From: Methanobacteriota archaeon
GTDB taxonomy: Archaea; Halobacteriota; Bog-38; Methanoflorentales; Methanoflorentaceae
Length of the DNA stretch: 64,000 bases
Direction of reading: 5' to 3'
Assembly (NCBI GenBank): GCA_963719035.1
Contig: CAVRAO010000006.1
Location: 128,001 to 192,000, forward strand
Part shown: one piece after another, positions 19,949-31,307 of the stretch
Numbering within the stretch: position 1 is the first letter of the stretch
Layout of the letters: the number at the start of each line of letters is the position of its first letter
Notes under the pieces: generated by a model
The model's input: only the letters and a program-made list of their open reading frames with translations
The model's database searches: none
Told to the model about the DNA's origin: nothing
Program-made: the position numbers and the translations under genes

Positions 19949-20617
19949 ATGCAAGATCAAACCAGAGAACGCACGAAGAAATTCTGGGAGACTGACAATT
20001 ATTGGTTAGCGCTTCTGCGTGATATAATAGTTGCATTTCTCGTTGTAGCTGTGATCTTGTCGATAGTATATGTGTACTCAGGGTCTGAGAGCCCGCTGGT
20101 GGCTGTGCAGTCGGGAAGTATGGTGCCCAACATAAACATTGGCGACGTCGTGTATAATCGAGGGCTAAACAGAGTGCCAGTAGTCACTAACAAAGAAGGG
20201 AAAGCAACTAATCACCTGAGGTTCGGCGACTACGGTGATGTCATTGTCTATAGGCCGAATGGCGAACGCGTGAGGCCGAATGGAGAACCCGTGACGCCAA
20301 TCATACACCGAGCTATATACTGGGTAAACGCGGGAGACCGTCTTCCAAACAATCAAACGGCTGCTCACGCAGGATATATCACTAAGGGGGACCACAACCA
20401 AGACTATGATCAGCCGTTGCTCTATGGCGGATCACCATTCGTCGAACCAGTTAAGCCCGAGTGGATAATCGGTGTTGCACAAGAGCCTGCTATACCGTGG
20501 ATCGGAAATTTACGGCTCGCTCTCCCTACCGTTATCAACCCATTAATTACGATATCCGATGAATACAGGAATATCTCGGTTCCAGCTTGCACAACAGCTT
20601 CACTCTTTCCAGTTTGA
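19949..20617 (+). CDS. Signal peptidase I (S26, Sec11-type)
   Basis: TM helix, VQSGSMVP, GDVIVY, PIIHRA, TKGDHN. Confidence 0.92.
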   Translation: MQDQTRERTKKFWETDNYWLALLRDIIVAFLVVAVILSIVYVYSGSESPLVAVQSGSMVPNINIGDVVYNRGLNRVPVVTNKEGKATNHLRFGDYGDVIVYRPNGERVRPNGEPVTPIIHRAIYWVNAGDRLPNNQTAAHAGYITKGDHNQDYDQPLLYGGSPFVEPVKPEWIIGVAQEPAIPWIGNLRLALPTVINPLITISDEYRNISVPACTTASLFPV

Positions 20618-20726
20618 ACGCTTTGAGAGTCTGTGGAGGCTTCGTAGCGGGTTCAAAACTCGTTTCAACGGCTTTTTACGACAATTAGATACGCTTATAT
20701 GTGACGTTTCGACATAAGCTTTGACT

Positions 20727-21938
20727 ATGCCGCCATTTCTCACGATGGACGATCTCGATACACACGGACGAGTGGTCCTAGTTCGCGTCGACTTGAATTC
20801 ACCCATAGGACCCAACGGAGAGATTCTTGATGACATTCGTTTTCGCGGCCATATTCCGACCATTGAAGCCTTGAAAGATGCAAAGACGGTGCTCCTTGCC
20901 CACCAGTCCCGGCCTGGGAAGCGAGATTTCACAACTATGGAGCAGCACGGCGAAAAGCTCTCCTCACTTCTCGGAAAAGACGTTACGTATGTCGATGACA
21001 TTTATGGACATAACGTACGGCAATCAATACAAGAGATGGAAACGGGAGATATTACTCTCCTCGAAAACGTGCGTTTTAGTTCGGAAGAGATGCTCAAGGC
21101 CCCCGTTGAAGATCTCACTAAAACGCATCTTGTTACGCAGCTGTCTCTACTATGTGATGTCTTTCTTAATGACGCGTTTGCAACTGCACACCGCGCACAA
21201 ACTTCGATCGTCGCTTTTCCGCGAGCATTGACTTCAGGAGCGGGGAAGTTGATGGAGCGAGAGGTCGAAATGCTCACAAAGGCGCTGACAACTTCCCAGC
21301 GGCCGCGACTGTTCATGCTTGGGGGGACAAAAGCAGACGATAGTGTCAAAGTCATTGAGCACGTTCTCGCTAAAGGAAGCGCTGACAAAGTGCTTGTTAC
21401 GGGCCTCGTAGCGAATATATTTTTGGCTGCTGCCGGAGTTGATATCGGACCTCCAAGCCTCGATTACATCAAATCTTCTGGATACGGCAATTATGTCGAG
21501 ATTTGTAAGAGATTGCTCGATAGCTACGACGGTAAAATAGTAACGCCCCTTGACGTGGCTTTAAACGACGGCGGAAAACGTTTAGAGGCACCAATTTCAG
21601 CGTTACCAAAGGCTTATCCAATATATGATATCGGCATAGAAACAATTGTCGCGTATTCGGCAGAACTCAAAGCGGCAGGTACCGTTGTGATGAACGGCCC
21701 TGCCGGAGTGTTCGAACAAAAGGCGTTTGCGCTCGGAACCGATGAAACGTTGAAGGCCGCAGCTCAATCCAAATTCTCTATACTAGGCGGGGGCCACATC
21801 GCCGCCGCAGCACGAAACATTGGTATTGCCAAGCACATCACTCACGTATCAACCGGAGGGGGGGCGTGCATAGATTTCTTGGCTGGAGAGACCTTGCCCG
21901 GGATTCAAGCGCTCATTGAGGCGAGCGATTTCGAATGA
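20727..21938 (+). CDS. pgk: Phosphoglycerate kinase
   Basis: RVDLNSP, AHQSRPG, LLENVRF, DAFATAHR, STGGGA. Confidence 0.97.
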   Translation: MPPFLTMDDLDTHGRVVLVRVDLNSPIGPNGEILDDIRFRGHIPTIEALKDAKTVLLAHQSRPGKRDFTTMEQHGEKLSSLLGKDVTYVDDIYGHNVRQSIQEMETGDITLLENVRFSSEEMLKAPVEDLTKTHLVTQLSLLCDVFLNDAFATAHRAQTSIVAFPRALTSGAGKLMEREVEMLTKALTTSQRPRLFMLGGTKADDSVKVIEHVLAKGSADKVLVTGLVANIFLAAAGVDIGPPSLDYIKSSGYGNYVEICKRLLDSYDGKIVTPLDVALNDGGKRLEAPISALPKAYPIYDIGIETIVAYSAELKAAGTVVMNGPAGVFEQKAFALGTDETLKAAAQSKFSILGGGHIAAAARNIGIAKHITHVSTGGGACIDFLAGETLPGIQALIEASDFE

Positions 21939-22033
21939 GTACGTTAGCCGTCCCGTTTGTGAATCCAACGCCTTGTAGCTATACATTAAAAACGTATAAG
22001 TAGCGGCGGGCCTAAATAAAATCGCCTCAAAGC

Positions 22034-22169
22034 GCCTCGGTGGCTCAGCCTGGAAGAGCGATTGACTTGTAACTGTATGCGCAAAACGTTGCGCATCCAA
22101 ACGCTACTGGTACTCAAGATTGCGGAGCAAGTTATCAATAGGTCGGGGGTTCAAATCCCTCCCGGGGCT
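22034..22169 (+). tRNA. tRNA-Thr(TGT) with 62-nt intron (22072-22133) at position 37/38
   Basis: Acceptor GCCTCGG/CCGGGGC, anticodon stem ATTGA/TCAAT, TGT at 22068-70, GTTCAAATC T-loop. BHB motif: CTTG/CAAG helix with TAA and TTA bulges. T-tract follows. Confidence 0.93.
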
Positions 22170-22263
22170 TTTTTCCTTCACACAGCGGGTCTGCAGAAGT
22201 GAGGCGGTTCAGAGCAGATCCGTGTGAGTGTGCTGGATATGCAGAAATTCAGGTGATGCCAAA

Positions 22264-22911
22264 ATGATGTCCATAACTACGCTGACAGTCCCAGAGGGCT
22301 GGTATAAAGCAGTCAGACACATCATGGAATTTGGCAATGTGGTGGACACTGAGTACGAAGTCAAAGCGCGCCAGATCCTAATGGGGATGATCCAAATCGA
22401 CAAGCCCACCTTGGGTTGGCATAAAGGTGATACTTTTTGTTCGAAAGCCCGGGTAGAGGAGTATAAGAAACAGTTCGATCGCGCCTACTTACACCAACAC
22501 CACTTCGAATATACTTATTTAGAGCGACTCGTAGAGGGGCACGGAATTGATCAGTTAGCGTGGATGAAAGACCAGCTATTAAAGAAACGAGTCGGATCGA
22601 AGCGTATTCAGGCAATTACGTGGATCCCACAAATTGACTCTCAAAAGGACGAAGACCAACCGTGCTTTCAGAGAATGTGGGTTTACCTACACAGCAATGA
22701 GAGGCTTGACGTCCACATCATGTACCGAAGTTGGGACGTTTTCCAAGCATATGAAGCCAATATTAACGCGTTTCTTTCCCTAGTCAAAAAGGAGCTTTTG
22801 GAGCCTACAGGACTGAAGATGGGGACGTTATGCACGGTTGGCAACTCGATGCATATCTATGATTACAACTGGGATGAGGCTCAAAACCTCCTTGAGAAAT
22901 ATAAGAAATAG
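22264..22911 (+). CDS. thyA: Archaeal-type thymidylate synthase (ThyA-like)
   Basis: FEYTY.ER, catalytic PC (QPCFQ), YRSWD, ANI, SMHIY. Confidence 0.85.
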   Translation: MMSITTLTVPEGWYKAVRHIMEFGNVVDTEYEVKARQILMGMIQIDKPTLGWHKGDTFCSKARVEEYKKQFDRAYLHQHHFEYTYLERLVEGHGIDQLAWMKDQLLKKRVGSKRIQAITWIPQIDSQKDEDQPCFQRMWVYLHSNERLDVHIMYRSWDVFQAYEANINAFLSLVKKELLEPTGLKMGTLCTVGNSMHIYDYNWDEAQNLLEKYKK

Positions 22912-23323
22912 CGCTTTGTTGGTGACTCACGGGACAAATAAGACTGATCTCGGCTCAAGCGGGCTCTAAAGGGCAGTGACGGACGGGGCAGACACTCACA
23001 AACGCTCGGAGTCCAACTTGTTAGCTTCGGGACGTCTGTCACTAACGCTGTGTGGCGAGCGAAATCATTAAAAATTGAAAAAGTTCAAATTTTGTTTATC
23101 TAAACCGCTATCCTGTTGCTAAACAAGATAATATTATTATTAAAATAAAGTATTCTTCCGTTAAATTTAAACTCAGTTGTATTTTATACATATTTATAGC
23201 GATTAACTAAAATCGGGATATAGAGACCAGTTCCTTTTAAGTTGAATGAATCTGTAAACGCCAGTTAACAGATTGGCCCTCGCTATAACACAATTATTGA
23301 ACTGTAAGAACACGGAGTGAATC

Positions 23324-24598
23324 ATGACCCTAATTGATCGCGCAAAGCAAGGAATTATCAGTGACGAAATGATGACCGTCGCCTCTGATGAGGGCGTGAC
23401 GCCTGAATTTATCTGCCGCGGGATTGCGAACGGACAGATCGTAATTCCGATAAGTCCATACCGGGAGACCAAACCGATTGGAATAGGCAAAGGGCTTAGG
23501 ACCAAGGTTAACGCTTCGGTTGGCACCTCTTCAGACATCTTGGATGTCGATCTCGAAGTCGAAAAAACAAAGGTGGCTGAGGCTGCGGGAGCTGACTCCA
23601 TAATGGAGCTGTCCGCCGCTGGTGACTTTTACGAAATCAGAAGGAGGGTAATCGAAGCAACTTCCCTGTCCGTTGGGAGCGTTCCACTCTATCAAGCGTT
23701 TATTGAAGCTGCACGGCAGTCAGGCTCAATCGTTGATATGCGAGAGGATGATCTCTTCAGAGTGACTGAAGAGCAAGCGAAACTCGGTACCAACTTCATG
23801 GCGATTCACACCGGAATAAACTGGGTGACGCTCGACAGGCTGAAGGCTCAGGGACGGCACGCTGGCCTCTGTTCGAGAGGCGGAGCTCTAATGTCAGCGT
23901 GGATGGCTCACAACGAGCGAGAGAACCCACTGTACAGTGAATTTGACTACCTTCTTGAAATCCTCAAGCGACACGAAGTCACCCTTAGCATGGGAAATGG
24001 CATGCGAGCAGGCGCTGTGCATGATTCTACTGATAGGGCCCAGATTCAAGAGCTGGTAATTAATGCCGAGCTCTCTGACAAAGCACACGAATTTGGGGTG
24101 CAAACGATCGTTGAAGGCCCGGGACACATACCTGTTGATGAGATTCAAGCCAACGTGGTTCTGGAAAAGCGACTGACCGGGGACAAGCCCTTCTATATGC
24201 TCGGGCCGCTCGTAACTGACATAGCACCTGGTTATGACAACATAGTGGCCGCGATCGGAGCAGCGCTATCGTCTTCTTATGGCGCTGATTTCATCTGCTA
24301 TGTTACGCCGGCAGAGCACCTTGCCTTGCCGTATCCAGAGGACGTGCGCCTTGGGGTCATCTCTGCGCGCATCGCTGCTCATATCGGGGACATGGTAAAG
24401 CTTGGCAACAGGGACGACGACCTTAAAATGGCGCAAGCGCGCAACGAAATCGATTGGGCGAAACAGTTTAAAGTCGCAATCGACCCACAAGCTGCAGCGA
24501 ACATTCGTAAGGAACGAATGCCTTCAGATTCTAACACGTGTACCATGTGCGGCGAGTTCTGCGCCTACAAAATCGTCAAAGAGTACTTCGAACTATGA
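23324..24598 (+). CDS. thiC: ThiC-family radical SAM enzyme; motifs suggest the BzaF-like (5-hydroxybenzimidazole synthase) branch
   Basis: SRGG, EGPGH, YVTPAEHL, CTMCGEFC; but MELS, NASVGTSSD and GNGMRAG replace canonical MDLS and GDGLRPG. Confidence 0.88.
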   Translation: MTLIDRAKQGIISDEMMTVASDEGVTPEFICRGIANGQIVIPISPYRETKPIGIGKGLRTKVNASVGTSSDILDVDLEVEKTKVAEAAGADSIMELSAAGDFYEIRRRVIEATSLSVGSVPLYQAFIEAARQSGSIVDMREDDLFRVTEEQAKLGTNFMAIHTGINWVTLDRLKAQGRHAGLCSRGGALMSAWMAHNERENPLYSEFDYLLEILKRHEVTLSMGNGMRAGAVHDSTDRAQIQELVINAELSDKAHEFGVQTIVEGPGHIPVDEIQANVVLEKRLTGDKPFYMLGPLVTDIAPGYDNIVAAIGAALSSSYGADFICYVTPAEHLALPYPEDVRLGVISARIAAHIGDMVKLGNRDDDLKMAQARNEIDWAKQFKVAIDPQAAANIRKERMPSDSNTCTMCGEFCAYKIVKEYFEL

Positions 24599-24802
24599 TG
24601 GCGCGGCACGCCTTGCGATGTGCTAATATCGTGCTTGTCTCGTAGGATGCGGTTTATGATTATGAGGTGAGAGTGCGACAGGAGTTTGCACGTCCCTGAA
24701 CCACAAGCTTAGGCAAACTCGATATATCTTTTCGGACTTGTTACACTATATGTCAGAAACGTCATCATCCGTTCATCGCGCTTTTCTTTTGCAGCCAAGC
24801 TA

Positions 24803-25483
24803 TCACAATAGCCGGAGGTATTTGAGCCCTTCAACGACACCAAGCCCGTACTGCTCTTCTGCGACATAGTGTGCAGCAGCTTGCGCTTTTGGATCTGCGT
24901 TGCCGACTGCGATCCCCCTCCCTGCTATCTCTAGCATTTCAACGTCATTTTCAGCGTCTCCAAACGCCGCAAATTCGTCGACGGAGATTCCAAGCAGGTG
25001 CGCGACTCCAATTAGGCCGACGCCCTTGTTGACGCGCGCGTCCTTTAAATGGAGAGCGAACCCCGAATCGACGATGGTAACGCCATCACAGCACTGAGCC
25101 ACCATCTTGCGAAGCGATTCGACGTCAGAGGTCGATAGGTTGTCTTTGCTGTAAGCAATCTCGGTAACACGCTCTTTGGCGTTGATCCGCTGAAGAGTAA
25201 ACTCACTGCTGCCCTCGATTTCTTGTGCCGCTCGACTGCAGGCAGCAATATCCCCAGTAACAAGCTTCGATTTACCGACAGTGACGATACCTCCGTTTTC
25301 GGCGATCACGCCTGAGCTTTTTCCGATACTGACCGCAAGCGCATCTGCAAAACACAAAACGTTACCGGTCGCTAAAACTACCGGAACTGTCAATTGTCGA
25401 ATGGCTCGAACAACGGTAAGATCCAATGACCGGTCAGGGAAGGTTAAAGTGCCGTCGATATCAAACGCTACAGCTTTAATCAA
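24803..25483 (-). CDS. Phosphoglycolate phosphatase (HAD subfamily IIB)
   Basis: DIDGTLT, LATGN, AENGG, NKG, FGDAEND. TTG start at 25483. Confidence 0.9.
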   Translation of the reverse strand: MIKAVAFDIDGTLTFPDRSLDLTVVRAIRQLTVPVVLATGNVLCFADALAVSIGKSSGVIAENGGIVTVGKSKLVTGDIAACSRAAQEIEGSSEFTLQRINAKERVTEIAYSKDNLSTSDVESLRKMVAQCCDGVTIVDSGFALHLKDARVNKGVGLIGVAHLLGISVDEFAAFGDAENDVEMLEIAGRGIAVGNADPKAQAAAHYVAEEQYGLGVVEGLKYLRLL

Positions 25484-25537
25484 AGTACCACTTTCATGGT
25501 GGCGGGACAACTCCGAAATACTTGAGCTTTCTCTCGT

Positions 25538-26512
25538 TTAGTCGCGTATTCCCTCTGACTCCACCGAAAATATCGCTTCGCCTTCAGGAAGGTTTGGCGA
25601 GTCTACAAGGCGTGCTATGCGTTTGCCTCCTTTCGATTTTCTCAAATACAACCTGAAAGTTGCGGTATGGCCTAATATATGACCACCGATCGGTCGCGTT
25701 GGATCGCCAAAGAAGGCATCAGGTTTTGCTTGAACTTGATTAGTAACGAGCACGACTGCATTGTTTAACGTTCCAAAGCGCATAAGGTCGTGCAGATGCT
25801 TGTTTAACTTTTGTTGTCTGTCTGCAAGCGTACCTCTGCCGACATACTCCGCCCTAAAATGGGCAGTAAGCGAGTCCACGATAAGGAGTTTCACAGGGCG
25901 CTCAGTCGCCTTAAGCTGTTCTGATAGCTCACTTGCCGCTTCGACTAGTAATATTTGGTGATTAGAATTGTGTGCCCGCGCGACGTGGATATTTCTTAAC
26001 ACGTCTTCAGGATCGAGATCGAGACCTCCTGCGATCTGACTGATGCGTTCCGGCCTAAAGGTGTTCTCGGTGTCAATTAATATGCACGATCCGTCAAGGC
26101 CTCCGCGTTCGTGCCCGAGCTGAACATTGACCGCAAGCTGATGCGCAACTTGGGTCTTTCCAGAGCCAAATTCTCCGTAGAGCTCGGTGATCGCTTGGGT
26201 TTCCACACCCCCCCCAAGCAGCCCATCAAAAGCCTCGCTTCCGGTCTTAAGTTTACCTACGTGTTTCCTTCTTTCAAGAATGACATCGCCGGTCTCAAAA
26301 CCGCCGATGTCTGCAGCTTGGCGCGCCGCTATTATGATCTTGGAGGCGGTTGCCTCACCGAGATCTGCTGCGTTTGATAACTCCGAAGGGGATGCTACGG
26401 CAACTGCTTCCACTGAGTTAAAACCAGCTTCCTTCAACTTCTCTGCGGTAGCAGGGCCTACACCTGGCAGGTCTTCGATACTAAAACCATCGATTTCTTC
26501 TACTTCTTCCAT
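25538..26512 (-). CDS. radA: DNA repair and recombination protein RadA
   Basis: Hh[38 protein letters not shown]. Confidence 0.97.
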   Translation of the reverse strand: MEEVEEIDGFSIEDLPGVGPATAEKLKEAGFNSVEAVAVASPSELSNAADLGEATASKIIIAARQAADIGGFETGDVILERRKHVGKLKTGSEAFDGLLGGGVETQAITELYGEFGSGKTQVAHQLAVNVQLGHERGGLDGSCILIDTENTFRPERISQIAGGLDLDPEDVLRNIHVARAHNSNHQILLVEAASELSEQLKATERPVKLLIVDSLTAHFRAEYVGRGTLADRQQKLNKHLHDLMRFGTLNNAVVLVTNQVQAKPDAFFGDPTRPIGGHILGHTATFRLYLRKSKGGKRIARLVDSPNLPEGEAIFSVESEGIRD

Positions 26513-26610
26513 ACACCCACCCTCCCTTTCTTGTCGCAACCCTTGGAGAGTCGTACACGCTAATCACTTGTGCACTATAAAGGCTTTTGAGGAGTGCAGA
26601 GCGAAAGTGT

Positions 26611-28053
26611 TTATCGCACGTCCGCCTTCTGGATCGCGGACTGAAGCTCATCGATTCTTCTCTTGATTGTCGCAAGTTTTCGAGAGGCCAAGTCCTGCGG
26701 CGTTTTTGACACGCTTTTAGCCGCAAACTTGTCATTCGTTCTAATACCAACAACCGTAACCTCATCCCCAACGTCAAAGGTCACATTGCTAAATGCTTTG
26801 TCAAAAGTCACGTAGTCGATCCCATTGTCGACGCACACCGACGCCGCCGATGAAATCACCGTACCGGTAACGCCTCCGTCAGTACTCTCTTGCGGCGCGG
26901 TATTTTGGCTTGGCGCCCTAACCTCCTTACCTGCTAAACCAAGACCACTTCTCCAGTCAACACTCAGTTCGAGTTGGTTGTCAAAGCCGTTTTTGGGGGT
27001 GCCATCGCGCAATATGACATTGCTGTGCGTATCTTCTTCGGTTACTGCGAGTGCTTTATCGCCCCAGAGGGCCACTCGTATGTCGCCAGTATCGTCCTTT
27101 AGCACGATGTTTCTCACTTGCCCGGCGCTACCATTATTTCTAGTGAATTCCCGGAGAGCCCCAACGTTCTCGATGACTCCCTTAACTGTACACGGGACGT
27201 CCGCTTTGACCTCACCAATGGGGGTGATTCGCTCAACGAATTCAATAGTTCGGGCCCCTTTCAGGAGCGATCCGCGACTGCCCACATTTACTTCGAGCCA
27301 TCCATAACGCTCTCGCGTATATCCATTGGTGATGTCAACCACATCCCCAGAGACAAAATCAACAGCCTTTTCAGCCAGATCGTCCCAAAGCGTTACGCGC
27401 ACCTTTCCCGTTTCATCGCCGATCGTTATGTTCGAGACTTTTCCTACCGAGCCATCGCGCTTTGAAAAAGTACGTACGGGTCCGACGTCGAGTATAACAC
27501 CACTTATTTCGACCGCATTGAGTCCTGCCATAAGGTCAACAATCTTCTCTTTATCCTTGGAGGAGGTTATCTCAGTTTTTGGCACTGATTCATCGACTTC
27601 AATTTCTCGTGCGTTCACTTCTAAGCCATATGGCCCTTCCTTGACGACTCCCGCAATCTTAAGGGTCTGTCCAATTTGAAGCTCTTCAACATGTTTTGCA
27701 AGATCGTTCCATAAGACTACGCGAATTGACCCCGTTTCGTCCGAAATGACGAGATTCGCTACATAACCAACATCACCATTACGGGTGAATTCTCTCGTCG
27801 GCGAGATTCGCGAGAGTTTCCCAACAAATGCGACGGCTCTCGTTTGTCCATCGATTTGTCCGATTTGCACGATCGTATCGATGCCAAGCTCGTGAGCTAC
27901 GAGCATGGCTGCAGTCTTATCATCACACAAACCAGACATGTCCTCCACTTTTTGAGCGACTCTTTCAACGAACTCCTCCCTCGAAATCGTATTGGCTAAG
28001 CGTTCGTAAATATTCGCAACATCATCAGAAAGGGGGTCTAAGTTTCCTTGCAC
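26611..28053 (-). CDS. rpa: Replication protein A (multi-OB ssDNA-binding protein)
   Basis: Repeated DETG.IRV.LW OB-fold motifs; upstream of radA. Confidence 0.92.
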   Translation of the reverse strand: MQGNLDPLSDDVANIYERLANTISREEFVERVAQKVEDMSGLCDDKTAAMLVAHELGIDTIVQIGQIDGQTRAVAFVGKLSRISPTREFTRNGDVGYVANLVISDETGSIRVVLWNDLAKHVEELQIGQTLKIAGVVKEGPYGLEVNAREIEVDESVPKTEITSSKDKEKIVDLMAGLNAVEISGVILDVGPVRTFSKRDGSVGKVSNITIGDETGKVRVTLWDDLAEKAVDFVSGDVVDITNGYTRERYGWLEVNVGSRGSLLKGARTIEFVERITPIGEVKADVPCTVKGVIENVGALREFTRNNGSAGQVRNIVLKDDTGDIRVALWGDKALAVTEEDTHSNVILRDGTPKNGFDNQLELSVDWRSGLGLAGKEVRAPSQNTAPQESTDGGVTGTVISSAASVCVDNGIDYVTFDKAFSNVTFDVGDEVTVVGIRTNDKFAAKSVSKTPQDLASRKLATIKRRIDELQSAIQKADVR

Positions 28054-28282
28054 CTTCAGTAGAATAACCCCTTATCTTAATAACTTTGTCAAAAAGGCAC
28101 AGCGAGTGTGAAACCGTGCGAGTTCCAGCTAGGGTCCCATACCCTTTGAGAGTTCAAAGGCTTCACTGCATCCACATTTGTCGCAAACGATTCTTTTCTT
28201 CGTCATGAAATATTTTTTATACTTCTGTCGCGTGTTATGACAGCGACCTACACACTGTTTTTGGTTGAGGGGCACGCCGAGG

Positions 28283-29527
28283 ATGGGACAAACAATTGCC
28301 GAGAAGATATTCTCAAATTCAGCTGGAAGAGTCGTAACGGCTGGGGAATTTGTCGACGCTGCGATAGACGTCGCCATGATTCACGATATTACGGGACCTC
28401 TGGCCGTGAAGACGCTCTACGAAATAACAGATCGGGTGTGGGATCGTACCAAAGTAATCATGCTTTTTGACCACCAGGTACCTGCTGACTCGATCGACGC
28501 CGCCGTTAACCACCTCGAACTTCGTAAGTTTGCGAAACGAGAGGGGATCCTAAACTACGATGTGCAAGAAGGTGTATGCCATCAAGTCATGGTCGAAAAG
28601 GGGCACGTGCTTCCGGGAGAGCTCGTCATAGGCGCCGATTCACACACGTGCACATACGGCGCTGTGGGGGCGTTTGCAACCGGCGTTGGATCGACAGATA
28701 TGGGGGTCGCCCTCGCGTCCGGAAAGCTGTGGTTTAAAGTTCCGGATACCATCGCATTTGATATTGAAGGAAAACTCTCACGACGCGTTTATGCTAAGGA
28801 TGTGATACTCACACTAATCGGCGACGTCGGCGTAAATGGCGCCACTTACAAGGCGTGTGAATTCGGTGGGGAAGCCGTTGTTCACATGGACATCCCCAAC
28901 CGGATGACCCTCTGCAATATGGCCGTCGAAATGGGAGGAAAAACGGGGATTGTAGCACCCGACAAAGCAACAGCCGCATTTCTAGAGGAGCGCTCCGTCG
29001 ACGGAGACTTCACGCTGGACTCAGACGAAGATGCAACGAAAGTCTTGCGTCGCTACAACGCGAGCGAAATGGTCCCCGTGGTTGCAAAACCCCATCAGGT
29101 CGATAACGTGGTGCCAGTCACGGACGTTGAAGGCTATCACATAGACCAGGTATTCATCGGTTCGTGTACAAACGGCCGGTACGAAGATCTAAAAGCAGCA
29201 GCTGAGCTACTAGAGGGAGAGACCGTGGCGCGGGGGGTGCGACTGATTGTGATTCCCGCTTCGAGAACCGAGTTTCAGAGGGCATTAAAAACAGGCCTTA
29301 TAGAGATCTTCACCGACAGCGGCGCTCTCGTTGAAGCCCCTTGTTGCGGTCCGTGTATGGGTGGGTCGTTTGGCATACTCGGTCCAGGTGAGGTTGGTCT
29401 CAGCACGTCAAACCGCAACTTCGTTGGCAGACAAGGAAGCCCGATGGCTGCCGTATATCTATGTTCCCCTGCGACCGCGGCGGCGTCTGCAGTCAATGGG
29501 GTAATAACTGATCCGAGAACGCATTAG
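28283..29527 (+). CDS. leuC: 3-isopropylmalate/citramalate dehydratase large subunit
   Basis: [30 protein letters not shown]; clustered with small subunit and dehydrogenase. Confidence 0.9.
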   Translation: MGQTIAEKIFSNSAGRVVTAGEFVDAAIDVAMIHDITGPLAVKTLYEITDRVWDRTKVIMLFDHQVPADSIDAAVNHLELRKFAKREGILNYDVQEGVCHQVMVEKGHVLPGELVIGADSHTCTYGAVGAFATGVGSTDMGVALASGKLWFKVPDTIAFDIEGKLSRRVYAKDVILTLIGDVGVNGATYKACEFGGEAVVHMDIPNRMTLCNMAVEMGGKTGIVAPDKATAAFLEERSVDGDFTLDSDEDATKVLRRYNASEMVPVVAKPHQVDNVVPVTDVEGYHIDQVFIGSCTNGRYEDLKAAAELLEGETVARGVRLIVIPASRTEFQRALKTGLIEIFTDSGALVEAPCCGPCMGGSFGILGPGEVGLSTSNRNFVGRQGSPMAAVYLCSPATAAASAVNGVITDPRTH

Positions 29528-29536
29528 GGAGGGGAC

Positions 29537-30076
29537 ATGGCGAGATCAAAGGCTCATATCGAAGGCAGAGTGTGGAAGTTTGGAGATAACGTCGATACGG
29601 ATGCAATTATCCCAGGCAAGTATCTCGTGCTCAACTCATCAAAAGATCTCGCAAAGCACGCTTTCGAAAACGTACGACCTAACTTTGCGAGTCAAGTCAT
29701 CAAAGGTGATGTCGTCGTCGGCGGAGAAAATTTCGGTTGCGGCTCCTCAAGAGAGCACGCCCCGCTGGCTCTAAAGGATAACGTTGGCGTCGTGCTCGCA
29801 CGTTCGTTTGCGCGAATTTTTTTTCGAAATGCCATTGATATCGGACTGCCGGTTGTTGAATGCGACACGACAGAAATTGAGGATGGGGATATCGTACACG
29901 TTGATCTAGAGAAGGGCAACATCTACAACAAGACAAAGAACAAGGAGATTCCAATAACCCCTTTTCCGCCGTTTATTAAGAACATCATAGATGCTGGAGG
30001 CCTCGTTCAGTACATAAAAAACAGTGCGCAGCTTGAAAGCCGAGAGCCTCGCGAACTCGAGACAGAGAAGTATTAA
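29537..30076 (+). CDS. leuD: 3-isopropylmalate dehydratase small subunit
   Basis: [18 protein letters not shown]. The YLVL loop favours the IPM isomerase type over homoaconitase (YLRT). Confidence 0.88.
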   Translation: MARSKAHIEGRVWKFGDNVDTDAIIPGKYLVLNSSKDLAKHAFENVRPNFASQVIKGDVVVGGENFGCGSSREHAPLALKDNVGVVLARSFARIFFRNAIDIGLPVVECDTTEIEDGDIVHVDLEKGNIYNKTKNKEIPITPFPPFIKNIIDAGGLVQYIKNSAQLESREPRELETEKY

Positions 30077-30123
30077 TCGCGTTATGTCACATCGATTTGC
30101 TGAATACTGATGGTGAAGCGGAA

Positions 30124-31254
30124 ATGAAAACGTATAAAATCCCCGTAATCGCTGGCGACGGCGTCGGCCCTGAGGTCATTGCAGAAGGAAAAAAGGTTCT
30201 CGAAGCAGCTGGCGACAACTACGGATTCAACATTGAGTGGAAAGAGTACCCATATGGGGCAGAGCATTATCTCTCTACTGGAGAGCTTATCTCAGAAGAC
30301 GCGCTCAAAGAACTGAGCGGCTACAACGCAATATACCTTGGCTCAGTCGGAGACGTGCGTGTCCCATCGGGAGTGCTCGAGCGCGGCGTGCTATTCGCGC
30401 TGAGATTTTATCTCGATCAATACATAAATCTGCGACCTATTCGGTTGCTGGAGGGTGTAGAGACGCCAGTTCGAGACAAAGGTCCTGAAGATATTAATTT
30501 CATTGTGGTGCGCGAAAACTCTGAAGACCTTTATGTTGGTGTTGGCGGGCGCACTAAGAGCGGCAAAGTACATCACGATGACGAAGTAATCCGCAACCTG
30601 TATAGCGTCAAGTTTGGTCTCGATATTGACTCTGACAGCGACGAAATTGCATATCAAATCGGGCTTATCTCAGCTGAAGGGACAAAACGCGTGATGGAGT
30701 ACGCTTTTGACTTGGCTACAAAAAGGAAGAAACACGTATCGAGCGTCGACAAGATGAATGCTATGACGGACATTTACGGCTTCTGGCGTGAGATATTCAC
30801 CAAAATCGCCGCAGGCTATCCAGATGTAAAAACGGAGTTCAACCTCGTCGACGCTATGACTATGTGGATCGTTAAAAACCCGGAATGGTTTGACGTAGTT
30901 GTCGCGCCGAACTTATTCGGGGACATTATTACGGATCTCGGGGCTATGGTGCAAGGTGGGCTTGGGCTTGCCCCCGGGGGTAACATAAATCCAAAAGGAA
31001 CTTCAATGTTTGAACCGATTCACGGTTCGGCTCCAAAATATAAAGGCTTAAACAAGATCAACCCGATTGCGACAATTTGGGCTGGAGCAATGCTCCTCGA
31101 GAGTCTCGGGGAAACTCAAGCTGCAAGCGGCGTTATGCACGCAATCGAGTGCAATCTGCGCGCCCGCAAAGTGAGAACGTTTGACTTAGGAGGGAGCTCG
31201 ACCACATCAGAAGTCGGGATCGACATAACGAGATATGTCAGGCAGTCCCTATAG
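30124..31254 (+). CDS. leuB: 3-isopropylmalate dehydrogenase (isocitrate/IPM dehydrogenase family)
   Basis: [31 protein letters not shown]. Confidence 0.88.
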   Translation: MKTYKIPVIAGDGVGPEVIAEGKKVLEAAGDNYGFNIEWKEYPYGAEHYLSTGELISEDALKELSGYNAIYLGSVGDVRVPSGVLERGVLFALRFYLDQYINLRPIRLLEGVETPVRDKGPEDINFIVVRENSEDLYVGVGGRTKSGKVHHDDEVIRNLYSVKFGLDIDSDSDEIAYQIGLISAEGTKRVMEYAFDLATKRKKHVSSVDKMNAMTDIYGFWREIFTKIAAGYPDVKTEFNLVDAMTMWIVKNPEWFDVVVAPNLFGDIITDLGAMVQGGLGLAPGGNINPKGTSMFEPIHGSAPKYKGLNKINPIATIWAGAMLLESLGETQAASGVMHAIECNLRARKVRTFDLGGSSTTSEVGIDITRYVRQSL

Positions 31255-31307
31255 GTCAGCAAGGTTGAAAAACCGATTTATACCGCTATAAATATAGAGT
31301 TATGCGA

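Noticed and set aside
22170-22911. Integrated element at tRNA-Thr carrying thyA
   Set aside because: No integrase and no duplicated tRNA 3' end seen in the window.
22912-23323. TPP or cobalamin riboswitch upstream of the thiC-like gene
   Set aside because: Could not find the conserved cores (CTGAGA..ACCTG for TPP; GGGAA..GCCACTG for cobalamin).
28283-31254. Coenzyme B homoaconitase/AksF assignment
   Set aside because: Small-subunit loop is YLVL (isopropylmalate type) rather than YLRT; leuCDB preferred, though not proven.
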